Origin: Octopus vulgaris
Taxonomy: Eukaryota
Direction: 5' to 3'
DNA: 64,000 bases
Assembly: GCA_951406725.2 (NCBI GenBank)
Contig: OX597822.1
Location: forward strand, 5,952,001 to 6,016,000
Shown: in pieces, positions 52,772 through 64,000 of the stretch
Numbering within the stretch: the stretch's first letter is position 1
How the letters are laid out: each line of letters begins with the position of its first letter
The notes under the pieces: model-generated
What the model was told of the DNA's origin: nothing
Seen by the model: the letters and a program-made list of their open reading frames with translations, nothing else
Database searches by the model: none
Made by a program: the position numbers and the translations under genes

Positions 52772-53154
52772 TCTCTCTCTATATAAACGGCAGTTTGTCT
52801 GTGCGTGTTTCTGTGTGTCTGTTTGCTTGTACCCTCACCCCGACCACGGCTTTCAACCGATTCTGATGAAACTTGACACACACATAGCCCAATGTCATAA
52901 TTCAAAACTAACGCAGCGAAAATTTTGAAAAGTTCCCCCGGTTCTGAAAAAATCGATAAATTCGACATGGGGTCGAGAATCAGGAATACGAACCACAAAC
53001 AGTCTAGGGGACGCAACTCTACCTTTTTTAAATCTCAAAAAAAAATTTACCATCATTTTTTTCCATTTTTTTGCTATTTTTTGGCTATAACTCTCTAAAA
53101 ATGCTTTATAGTTATTTCCCTTACAAACCTGAGCAACGCCGGGCGATACTGCTA

Positions 53155-53155
<1 letters not shown>
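52772..53155 (+). mobile_element. Non-autonomous Helitron
   Basis: A|TC start; 3' end GAGCAACGCCGGGCGATACTGCTAG|T shared with 25982-26377. Confidence 0.8.
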
Positions 53156-53213
<58 letters not shown>

Positions 53214-53216
53214 TAC

Positions 53217-53263
<47 letters not shown>

Positions 53264-53537
53264 CGTATGCATGTACATGTATGTGTGTGATCGCGTGTAT
53301 ATGTATGTATCTTTGTGTTTGCTTTTCCCCCTTCACCTCTTGACAACCGGTGTTGATTTGTCTATGTCCTCGTATAGCTAGCGATTCGGCAACAAAGAGA
53401 CGGATAGAATTAGGATCAAACTTTAAAATGTAGGCCTGCAATCTATTTGTTCTGCCAAACCGTTTAAGCCGGTGCCCCAACATGGCCACAGTCCAATGAC
53501 TGAAACAAGTAGCAGTAATATAAAGAATTAGCATGTA

Positions 53538-53574
<37 letters not shown>

Positions 53575-54351
53575 TATCAGAACAGAACTACTATAGAATG
53601 TGTGATACACACATGGTCGCAGATTATTGCCGGAGCCTTCAGAGAGATAGTTTTGGGTAAGCACTCCCCCTCCTCCGTAGGAAGTTCCATAAAAGGAGTT
53701 TCTTATGCATTGAATAGCTCACCATGTTATGTTTTTATGTTTTTCTGAGTTACAGTAACTACAGATTCTAATGCAGTGCGCAATAAGATTTTTTCTTTTC
53801 GTGTGTTGAGATAAACCGATTTATTAATATGGATTTGTTTTAAAAGCATGTACTGTATCATAACATTAATATTGTGGTTATTTTTGTATCAAAATAGCAG
53901 CTCATTATCTAATTAGAGTTGATACAATTTTTGAAACCATTGCACTAAACAGCCCAGAGTAGGTTTAACTTCAAAAGCACCAAAGTATTAATGCAACAAG
54001 GGTCGCTAATTTCAGCACACGAGTGGATAGAGAAGTATATAAATATATGAGGTATCTCCAAAATTAGAGCTGATTAGACAGAAACTGCTGGTGTATTTTG
54101 GAGTTAGTAACCAAATATTTGCAAGGCACCAGAATTTGTCTTTGTTGTTGTTGTTGCTGTTGGACATTGCCATCAATGATTTATTTTGCGGCTGTGTGGT
54201 TAAGAAGTGCGTTTCACAACTACGTGATTTTGAGTTCGATCCCACTGCGTGCCACCTTTGATAGGTAGACCCTTCTATAATTTCGGTCAGATTAATGCTT
54301 AGTTAATGAATTTGATAGACAGAAACTGTGTAGAAGATCGTCTTACACACA

Positions 54352-54434
<83 letters not shown>

Positions 54435-54863
54435 TCACTCTCACACACACAGAGCTATATATATAGATATACATATGTATGTATGTGTCATTGTGTTTAT
54501 GTTCGTCCTCATCGCCGCTTCACAATCGGTGTAGGTTTGTTTGCATCACTGTAAATTAGCAGTTCGGCAAAAAGTTCGATAGAACAGATACCAGGCTTAA
54601 AATAAGAACTGGTGTCAATTGCACTAACCTTAAAAGCCGGTGCTCCCGTATTACTGCGCGCCAGGAACTGAAACCACTTAAAAAAGAAAAGAATTTAGAA
54701 CAAGCTTGGGAAACTTATTTCGAGAAGCGGGTCGCATGTGACACTGTTCATCATCAGGCAGGTCACACCACTAAAAAACAATGAAGATATTTTTCCTTCG
54801 GCGTATCATAAGGTAAGTGCCGCGGGTTGCATGTGACTGCAGGCTGCCTATGACTAGCCTATA

Positions 54864-55797
54864 TCTATAAAGGAGGCGCAATGGCCCAGTGGTTAGGGCA
54901 GCGGACACGCGGTCATAGGATCGTGGTTTCGATTCCCAGACCGGGCGTTGTGAGTGTTTATTGAGCGAAAACACCTAAAGCTCCACGAGGCTCCGGCAGG
55001 GGATGGTACTAATCCCACAACTGCTGTACTCTTTCACCACAACTTTCTCTCACTCTTACTTCCTGTTTCTGTTGTACCTGTATTTCAAAGGGCCGGCCTT
55101 GTCACTCTCTGTGTCACGCTTAATATCCCCGAGAACTACGTTAAGGGTACACGTGTCTGTGGAGTGCTCAGCCACTTACACGTTAATTTCACGAGCAGGC
55201 TGTTCCGTTGATTCGGATCAACCGGCACCCTCGTCGTCGTAACCGACGGAGTGCTTCCATCATACCTATAAAACAGTCCTTGGATGAAAATTGTACGCAC
55301 ATTTTGCTTTGACGGTAAATGGTGGCGAAACCGAGGCTAGGATCGAGCTGAAAATTGGCAGAGATACTAAATGCGTGGTGAGGATGAGACCGGCGATGGT
55401 TAAAATTCGCAAGCTATAAAGATGTGGTTGCTATGGCAAAAAGAATTATTTTTTATCGATTCAAGGTTCTAGGTTTGCGCGATTGGCTTTTAATGCCCAG
55501 CGGCATACACTCCAGGCTGTTGTGCTTAATAAACATATATTTTGTCGCGAAATTCCGGCTACTAGGAAACGATTTTTCATTGGGAAAAAACGATTGTTTT
55601 TGCCTTCATTTTCTTTTTAATTAATCAATAAAACCTTAAACATGAACTTCTAAACTAGACCTATGATGACACGAACAAGCTGAATTATTTAACTGAATCA
55701 TCATAAAATTAACTTTCATTTCTGTGCTATGTTGAAACCAGCTTCAACGTTTTATAACCTGAACTGGCAGTGACCCAACGGGTCACGGGTAGTCTAG
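54864..55797 (+). mobile_element. Non-autonomous Helitron with a nested family C SINE
   Basis: A|TCTATAAA start, hairpin GTGACCCAACGGGTCAC, CTAG|T end. Confidence 0.6.
54872..55259 (+). mobile_element. SINE family C
   Basis: Reverse complement of 49901-50289; TSD-like ATA(T/C)CTATAAA. Confidence 0.88.
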
Positions 55798-55833
55798 TTT
55801 AAAATAAAATAGTCATGCATTAACTAGACATAA

Positions 55834-56285
55834 CACTGCGTAACACGATTTTTATCCTTGGGTAGCGACTGTTATTTCCTATTTGCTTATTCTTAGGAAA
55901 TTTGAAAAATGGCTAATATTTCCTTCAAAATTTGCTTTTGTTACATTTATTGAAACACCAAAGAATCCCTCTCGACACACGGTTGTGATTCTTCCTGACT
56001 AGACCTCTTCATGGTCGGAGATGTACATATTGTCAGTCACTACAGGACATGCTCAAGTGGTTAAGGTCAAGCAACTGACAAGCAGATCTGTGGTGTTGAG
56101 CAGAATATTTGAAATAAAAAATGTTGCTGCTTCAGCAACTCAGGACTAGGTCAGTTTCAAAACATTGATATCCAGGTGACAAAATCAAAGTTCAAAAGGA
56201 ATATTAGTAATTTCCTTTGATTTCTAGATAGAAGCATGTAGGAAATAATACTGACTGAAGGAAAAAAGAAATATGTTATACAGTG
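55834..56285. mobile_element. MITE (CACTG...CAGTG-TA), same family as 17600-18085
   Basis: Terminal inverted repeats and internal similarity. Confidence 0.7.
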
Positions 56286-56354
56286 TAATCGTTACAAACT
56301 ATTTCCATGGACACAATTGTTACAAACTGTTCTGACAGTTTGTTTCCATTTCAG

Positions 56355-56479
56355 CTAACTGTGCAGGTATTTCAGAGGTATTATCATGTCCGGACTACCT
56401 GGACATCCCATCTGATCCGATAACTTTGAGTTCAGTGGTACAGCTGCCACCTCATTATATTCAGAGGGATTGTAAATAA
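56355..56479 (+). CDS. Possible terminal coding exon (xNCAGISEVLSCPDYLDIPSDPITLSSVVQLPPHYIQRDCK*)
   Basis: Acceptor TTCTGAC...TTTGTTTCCATTTCAG, 40 open codons, TAA, AATAAA at 56508; no homology recognised. Confidence 0.25.
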
Positions 56480-56741
56480 TAGTAATAATAATAATGATAA
56501 TAATGATAATAAACACCAGGACTAACAAGTATATATAGCATACAGAAAATAGCACTACTAAGCACAGCACACAACCTACGTAAAACACATTCAACGCAGT
56601 AAAACTAAGAGCATCACAACAAACCACAGCACATACCCAAGGCACACAGAGCTGCGCTCGGTAGTGCAGTGAAAGCTCGTGATAAAGATAAGATTACTGA
56701 ATAATAATGGTAACAACAACAACAACAACAACAATAATAAT

Positions 56742-57090
56742 TGCAAAAACCTGAACCTGCCCCATGATAAAAACTGGTGGGAACACAAACCACCTCCATT
56801 GCTTGAAAATAATCACATCTCACTCCTCTGGAACTTCACCATTCAAAATGACAGAAAGATAGATGCGAAATGGCCAGACAAATAATTTGAAAGACTTCAG
56901 ACAAAAATCCTGCCTCCTCATTGATATGACTGTCCCAGTCGATGTAAATGTATCTGTCAAGATCTACCAAAAACTGACCAAGTATAAAGATCTTGAAATA
57001 GAAATTGGCAAAATGTGAATCTTGAAGACTAACACAATACCTGTTGCCATAGGCGCCCTAGAAATAATAGCAAAATGGGCTGATTGCTAC
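56742..57090 (+). pseudogene. R4/Dong-type restriction-like endonuclease fragment
   Basis: WWEHKPPPLLEN..LLWNFTIQNDRKIDAKWPD..CLLIDMTVPVD..KYKDLEIEI..IPVAIGAL. Confidence 0.8.
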
Positions 57091-57353
57091 CCGAAAAATC
57101 CAGAATCCTTGTCAGGTTCCGGATCATTCCCCAAATCTCTCAAAAATTTGGTAAAAAACAGGAAAAATAATCCAGAAGCCTTGTCCGGTACCGGATCGGT
57201 CCCAAAATCTAATCAGTTCGTGCAGTCGCCAAGCCAAACATCCCTTAAATTTCATCTGAATCCATTCAACGGTTCTTGAGATATCTTGTCCACGGACAAA
57301 AAAAAAAAAACTACTGAAAACAATACCTCCGCCTCAGCGAAGGCGAAAGTAAT
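57090..57353. mobile_element. Helentron/HINE-like non-autonomous element
   Basis: End AAAACAATACCTCCGCC..GGCGAAAGTAA hairpin; internal CCAAAATCTAATCAGTT..AAATTTCAT motif. Confidence 0.5.
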
Positions 57354-57783
57354 AATAATAATAATAAACTCCAGTTTTCTCATTTTTCTCTATTTTAAGA
57401 CTGGTCTTTAATTTGAAATATGTTTCTCGAGATTGTCATAAATAGCTGAAGATTGCGTATTTAGTTTAATATCTTCCAAATATAATGCTTATTAACCGTT
57501 CCAGATCTTGGCCTTTGTGTCTAACCTTACCCTCCAGCTGGGGTCCCGAGTAAAGAAAAAAAAATAGTTGCATATAGAACTCAAGAGTAATAATTGCAGG
57601 GAAACTAACGGACAGATATGGCGGCATCTTCTTTTTCTACGCGTGTTTTTCGTTACCGCTTTACTGGGAATCCGACAGAGATGACGTTTTACCTTTGGCC
57701 GCTAGAGCGGAAAATTCGGTTTCACAGTGACAACTCATCAATCATTGCCCGTGACGAATGCCTTCACCCACTGATATACCTCG

Positions 57784-58016
57784 AAGGCGGCGAGCTGGCA
57801 GAAACGTTAGCACGCCGGGCGAAATAGTTAGCTGTATTTCGTCTGCCGTTGCGTTGTGAGTTCAAATTCCGCCGAGGTCGACTTTGCCTTTCATCCTTTC
57901 GGGGTCGATTAAATAAGTACCAGTTACGCACTGGGGTCGATGTAATCGACTTAATACCTATGTCTGTCCCTGTTTGTCCCCTCTATGTTTAGCCCCTTGT
58001 GGGTAATAAAGAAATA
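57784..58016 (+). mobile_element. SINE family B (tail 1)
   Basis: TSD GATATACCT at 57773-57781 and 58017-58025. Confidence 0.9.
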
Positions 58017-59104
58017 GATATACCTGTGCTTCAGTCGTTCTGTTGGCATTGCTAAATTCTTAGCAGCTATCCATTTGTTCCACCCTTCTCAAATAAAACA
58101 GCCAATGCCCTTCTTAGGTCGTACCTTTTCAAGAAACATGTGGTACCTAAGGAAAGATTCAGTAAACGCATCCGTTGGTATATTTTTCTATTACTTTCCT
58201 TACATCGTATATTATCATCTTTGATAAGATTCTGTACCCTATATTTCGTCTATTTTGTAGCCATAATTTTTGGGGGCTTCATTTAGTCGTGGAAAGTTTA
58301 TTTCGTAATGACGAACTGTTGTGTTTTTTTCAATTCATTATGCGTCTTCTGTAATACAGCCTTTCCTCTTTCTGTTTTTTATTTATTTATTCATTCACAA
58401 ACAATTTTTTTCTTTGGTTATTGGAGGTCCATACTCAATCGATCATTTGCCGAGTTTGACATTCAACAAGTTGTAGCTTGTATTTAATTGTCTATGTCTG
58501 TCTTCTTTGCTTACTTGTCACTGTATAGTGACACACAGTGTTGTCAACTGAATAACCAATTTGACAGCTAATAAATAGCGTATACCTCGGTGGTATTTCT
58601 GCCTGTCTAGACATGGTGTGTGAGTTATCATTGTTGATTCCCTTTAAACTAAATAAAACAAATGTCATTCTATTACCAGTGCCAGCAAACTGTTGTAAGC
58701 ATCCTACAAGTTGCCGTCAATACAGTACAAAACAAGATAACTTTTATAATCCTAGAACTAGAATAATTTTTTAAATATTTTATCAGTAAAGAATCCTGTG
58801 CCCGTGAACCTTCATAGGGCCTCCTTGACTGGTAGAAGGGTAAGAGGAAGATATCCTCAAATTGGAGACTTAGTCCTAATGCTTACAACAGAGTGGACAC
58901 TGCTCAAAGCATCTAAGGTACCAGGTAATGCCGTTACGTCGAGCGACGGATTAAGTCTACCACCCAAGTAGGCCACTGCTCGATTTGATCTCAAGGTGTA
59001 AAATGCAGGAAACAGATACTGCAAGTTACCCCGTCTGACATAATTGCTGACTGTAAACATAGTTGAAAGGCAAAGTTGATCGTGGTAGGATTTGAATTCA
59101 GCGC

Positions 59105-59137
<33 letters not shown>

Positions 59138-59366
59138 ACAATTACCGCCAAACATTCTGTCCGACGTTCTAACGCCTTTATTACAACCAGGAAACTTGTA
59201 AGGACTGAACAAACTTTTCTGTACACTTATTTACATTATTTACATCCGACGGCTATTTGTCCTCATCTTTGTTGTTTCGGTTGATATACCCTCCAGCCTT
59301 CATCAGGTGTCTTGGGGGAAATTTCGAATCTGGGTTCTCATCCCTAAGGTATTTTCTATGTTGTTG

Positions 59367-59404
<38 letters not shown>

Positions 59405-59408
<4 letters not shown>

Positions 59409-59479
59409 TCACTGCTGGGAATCGAACTCGGAGTCTTGGGGTTAGTAGCCCGCGCTTTTAACCACTATGCCATATGCCC
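59405..59479 (-). promoter_or_regulatory. tRNA-like Pol III head inside the pLTR
   Basis: A box TGGCATAGTGG, anticodon-like arm GGGCTACTAACCC, B box GAGTTCGATTCC. Confidence 0.7.
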
Positions 59480-59486
59480 GTGGGCA

Positions 59487-60061
59487 TCAATAACAATCTG
59501 TTAAGCAACAACTACCCACAAAACATACTATCCACTCCAAATATGAAGAAAAGAGAGGATGCAACCAATAAACTGTCCACAATCTGTCTACTCTACGTGA
59601 AAAGCCTCTCCGAAAAGATACAAAAGATATGCGGCCCATATGACATCAGGACAGTATTCAAGGGTAATACAATACTTCGCAAATATCTCCTTCGAGTAAA
59701 ACCACCAATAGAAGAGAATATCACCAAAGACTGCGTGTACTCCATTCCATGTAGCTGTGATAGGTTATGCAAAGGCGAAACATGCCGCCCCCACTAAATA
59801 AGGGTAGACGAACATCGCAAAGCTTTGACACGAGGAGATATTGATGAATTGGGTATAGATGATCATTTATGGACAAATGGAGACCACCTCCTGTGGGACG
59901 AAGTTAAAATAATAGACAGAGAACACCACTGGAAAATACGAAAACTAAAAGAAGCAGCACATATGCTAGGACACAACAACTTTTTAAGCAAACCGAGTGC
60001 AGATATGAAGAGCATATGGGAACCGGTATTAAGGAAGGATAGGAAAATATTAGATTTATAA
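59487..60061 (+). pseudogene. Penelope-like RT C-terminus and GIY-YIG endonuclease
   Basis: NNYP..YVKSLSEKIQKI..DIRTVFK..VYSIPCSC..GETCRP..RVDEHR..LWDEVKIID..RKLKEA. Confidence 0.88.
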
Positions 60062-60137
60062 GCCGTAAAATTCACTCAGTAATTACCCACGGGCATATGA
60101 CATAGGAATGAGAACCCAGGTTCGAAATTTTCCCAAG

Positions 60138-60181
60138 ACACCTGATGAAGACTGGAGGGTATATCAGCCGAAACGTTGCGT
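60138..60181 (+). ncRNA. Minimal hammerhead motif in the pLTR
   Basis: ACAC-CTGATGA-a-GACTG..CAGCC-GAAA-CG-T-T-GCGT; partial minus-strand copy near 59272-59311. Confidence 0.7.
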
Positions 60182-60679
60182 TAACAACAAAGAAGATGAG
60201 GAAAAATATCCGTCAAATGTAAATAATGTAAATAATGTACATAATTCCTCATCTCTTAAATATAGAACTGTATTTTCTGTACATTCTGATATTTTAATGA
60301 TAGGATACAGTATTATTTTCTTTGATATTTTTCGAGTAAAAAGAGTGCCTCGTGAAAAAAAGAAAGAGATCATTATAATCTTTTAGCTGATGATATATAT
60401 ATTAGGGTCAAATTTATTACAATGTTTAAGGGCTACTGCTAATACTGTATTGATTCTCGTCAATATCTGAATTAGAGGATATTAGCCCTGGACTGATCTT
60501 AGAGAACTCCTGTGTTTACTACAAGCTGGAAAATAGCAGAATTTGAAATGATTTGACCGGTTGATAGTGTTACGTACCAGAATCATTCGTACACCTCACC
60601 TTCCAGGTTTCTCACCCAAGATTCGGGTCAACAGTCTTTAGTCAATGTCACTCTTCTATCTGTTTATTCATCCTACACG

Positions 60680-61570
60680 GTCGCTATCATTGTCGTCGTC
60701 ATCGTCGACATCCTCCTCCTCCTCATCATCATCATCGTCGTCGTCACCTTGTTGTTGTTGTTGTTGCTGTTATTGTTCTTCTTCTTCTTCTAGTGGTTGT
60801 TTTTGTTGTTCTTGTTCTTGTTTTTGTTGTTGCTGTTGTTGTTGTTCTTCTTCTTCTTTTTCTTCTTTTTCTTCTTCTTTTTCTTCTTCTTCTTCTTCTT
60901 CTTCTTCTTCTCCTCCTCCTTCTCCTTCTTCTTCTTCTTCTTCTTCTTCTTCTCCTTCTTCTTCTCCTCCTCCTTCTTCTCCTCCTCCTTCTTCTTCTTC
61001 TTCTTCTTCTTCTTCTTCTTCTTCTCCTCCTCCTCCTTCTTCTTCTTCTTCTTCTTCTTCTTCTTCTTCTTCTTCTCCTCCTCCTCCTCCTCCTTCTTCT
61101 TCTTCTCCTTCTTCTTCTTCTTCTTCTTCTTCCAATTCTTCTTCTTCTTCCAATTCTTCTTCTTCTTCTTCTCCTCCTCCTCCTTCTTCTTCTTCTTCTT
61201 CTCCTCCTTCTTCTTCTTCTTCTTCCTCCTCCTCCTCCTCCTTCTTCTTCTCCTCCTTCTTCTTCTTCTTCTTCTTCTTCTTCTCCTCCTCCTCCTCCTT
61301 CTTCTTCTTCTTCTTCTTCTTCTTCTTCTTCTTCTTCTCCTCCTCCTCCTCCTTCTTCTTCTTCTTCTTCTTCTTCTTCTTCTTCTTCTTCTTCTTCTTC
61401 TTCTTCTTCTCCTCCTTCTCCTTCTCCTCCTCCTCCTCCTCCTCCTTCTCCTCCTCCTCCTCCTCCTCCTCCTCCTCCTCCTCCTCCTCCTCTTCTTCTT
61501 CTTCTTCTTCTTCTTCTTCTTCTTCTTCTTCTTCTTCTTCTTCTTCTTCTTCTTCTTCTCCTTCTTCTTC
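60680..61570 (+). repeat. ~0.9-kb (TTC/TCC)n trinucleotide tract, mostly polypyrimidine
   Basis: Direct inspection; accounts for the ORFs 60645-61829. Confidence 0.95.
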
Positions 61571-63079
61571 TGGCCCTGTCTACTTGCCCTTTGTTGCCAC
61601 AACTCTTTATGTCGCGGCAGTTGTTTCCATTAGATTCTCTTCTCACCAACCACCAAGTGCAGAACCCGTAACTTGTTTGTCAAATCAATCCACGCATTCA
61701 ATGGCAAGCACAATCATATGTGTTGAGATGTCTCTCAACGTACAATTTCTTTTTTTCGATGCAGTCCTTAATTATTATACCTGGGCGGTTTTCCTAGATC
61801 TCTTTGTTATTGTCAGTTTAGATAGGTAAGACCTAATTGATTGAGACAAAGTCGTAGCCATTAGCAGTGTTTGGAAAATGTTTACACCACATCTTGTAGG
61901 TTTCCATGTTAAAGTATTGACATATTGCCCAATGAACTTGGCAAAAGCTGGAAAGTCTTGCAGGATATTGGCCATGGAACAGGTTGTCACTTTTTTTCTT
62001 CAGTACATTTAAAATTCCGTTTTAGTTTTGTCTTGTGCTTTAGTTTTCAACATTTTGTTTTGTCCTGATCTGTAACTTTTTAAATTTGTTTTATTGTTTT
62101 CCAGTTTGAAATTTATTGTTTCCATGTATGTAGGGACAAGTTTTTGTGTTATCGTATTCAACTTAACGGTTTTTCAATATTTGCATCTAACTATATATTC
62201 TAGTCCTACAGTTGTTATTTCGTCATAGCTGTCTATTTTTATATATTCATTAGACACCGCTCACCTCGAGTGCAAGAGAGTTAATATTCTATCCATATAA
62301 ATTTTGAGTCGGTGACGTTGGAACGTAGTCAATAGTTTTCTTTTCTATTTTTTCTGTGTAAGTTTCTCAGTGTACTAAACTTGCAGTCTATTACTTTGAT
62401 GCAGTAGTTTATAACTAGGATGGCTGGTGAATTTAAATGTTCATTTTGCTTTTAGTAATGAGTTCGGAGTTTATAATATTAAGTTTGGCTCTTAGGGTAG
62501 CGAGCTAGCAGAATCGTTATCATACCGGTCAAAATGCTTAGCAGCATTTCGTTCGCCTTTACGATCTGAGTTAAAATTCCGCCGGGGTCGATTTTGCTTT
62601 TCTTTCTTTCGAAGTCGATAAAATAAATAGCAGCTGAACACTGAAGTCGATGTTATCGACTTACCTCCTCCCCCGAAATTGCTGGCCGTGTGCCAAAAGT
62701 TGAAAGCAATATTAGTTTTGCTCTACTGTAATAATCTTTCCCAACTCACTCCTTCCTTTCTGAGTGTTGTATTTTACCAGTTTCATCTACTCTTAGATAT
62801 TTATATGACTGATTCTGGTCTAATTCTCGGATGTCTATGTCTAACTCAATAGTCTCACTTATAATGATTAAAACTCTTCTTATTTGGATTTCGTACATTT
62901 CTCTAGTTCCATATTAAATTGTTATGTCTCGGATGAATTTACGAACACTATTCATTGGTTTTGAAGTCATCTATTCAGAACAGATGGTTTATAGTTTGTA
63001 GTATCTGTAACCAATGACAGTTTCATTTAGTAGATTTGTTAATGGAGTTTGGCCAAGAAGAAGAGGAATAATGGGTATC

Positions 63080-63380
63080 CCTGGAGTATTCCTCTTTTAA
63101 GGAGAACAGGGTTGCTCTGTACAGCTGTAATTCCTTTCCTACGGCCCTTATGTTCCTCTGATGATACTTTATTGCTCTCTAAGTGAGAGCAATCAACCCG
63201 TTGTAGATGTAAGGGCCTTGTACATTGTTGGGAAGCAAATTCTATGTTTAGAAGTTTTGGGGTCTCTAGAATTTTTTGCCTTTAGGAATTGGTGCTGTTT
63301 TCCTCTCAGGTGGCCAATCAGGCGTCGACTATGGTTAGCTTACTATTTCATTGAATGCTGCTACCATATACCTGTGGGTA
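63080..63380 (-). pseudogene. Heavily degraded R4/Dong-like RT fragment
   Basis: Minus strand PDW..TAPIPK..ICFPTMYKALTS..EEHKGRRKG resembles the ITCLPTMYK / EEQKGCRKG motifs. Confidence 0.5.
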
Positions 63381-64000
63381 CCGTCGGAAATCAAATTGCT
63401 GGCAATACTTGATGTGTTGCTGAATCTTTTGCCAGTAATTCTTGACCATATTTACGAATACAGGGCAGTATATTGGTAAGACTGTATGCCTTGTGATAAT
63501 CATTTCGGTTTATTGCGTTCTGAATTCAAATCCCGCTATACCTTACTTGGTTGGATGACTTAACCAGTCGACAAGTTTAAGACCACCCTACATGTCACTT
63601 GCAAGTATTTGTGTCATATCTCCTGTATGAAAAAAAAACCCCTTCCTTCTTCCTATCAATCTCAGATGCTGTGTAATAAGTCATGGACATTGCGTTCCTT
63701 CTTCATAAAAAATAAAAGCCAGTAAGGTATCTTTCTCACATGCTCCAGACAAATTATCAAATAACAGCTTAAGCGCGCAAGTATAGTAACTTCATCGATA
63801 GCCTCGTTATTAGGACGCATACACCAAGGACAGGGAACATAGACCAGAGATAAGTACAATACAGAAGTTCCATATTCTGAACAAGTCCACCTTGTCTACC
63901 TGTGTTGTCTTCCTTGCAACACCAATTGTCTCACAATAAACTGAACTGTTGAGGAAGCAACATCGTCAGGCTACGACTATGGAAAACTACATGTCTTAGA

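Larger units (their letters stand above)
59220..60270 (+). mobile_element. 5'-truncated Penelope-like element with inverted 5' pLTR
   Basis: 59220-59486 is the reverse complement of 60084-60241 plus a tRNA-like insert; GIY-YIG ORF remnant between them. Confidence 0.88.

Noticed and set aside
54705-54765. Minus-strand CTGATGA...GAAA motif
   Set aside because: Stems I and II pair poorly; at most a decayed remnant.
60645-61829. Long poly-Ser/Phe/Leu/Arg/Glu ORFs
   Set aside because: Trinucleotide microsatellite open in all six frames.

Overview
AT-rich, microsatellite-dense animal DNA made almost entirely of transposable elements. The repeat inventory (tRNA-derived SINEs with (TA)n linkers, CR1-group and Tx1/L1 LINEs, Penelope-like elements, mariners, Helitrons) resembles coleoid cephalopod (Octopus-like) intergenic or intronic sequence; this taxon call is inference. 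No complete host gene is recognisable, only two weak exon candidates. Most ORFs in the track are microsatellite translations. Real protein-coding remnants: a nearly intact CR1-group LINE (2290-5720; CCCH ORF1 end plus APE-RT ORF2 with one stop), a full-length decayed mariner (5912-7201), a Tx1/L1 3' end inside a (CTAT)n array (38302-39678), a second CR1-type RT (48263-49653), Penelope GIY-YIG fragments and R4/Dong-type fragments. Three observations stand out. (1) Two LINE-SINE pairs share 3' tails, one with compensatory stem changes and one involving a Tx1/L1-type element and AT-rich targets. (2) Several hammerhead-ribozyme motifs occur, including a Penelope pseudo-LTR with a tRNA-like Pol III head upstream of its ribozyme. 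(3) There are many fold-back palindromes, a Helitron flanked by a 248-bp direct duplication, and a ~50-bp-period CCAAT array. All assignments are by eye; no database search was run.
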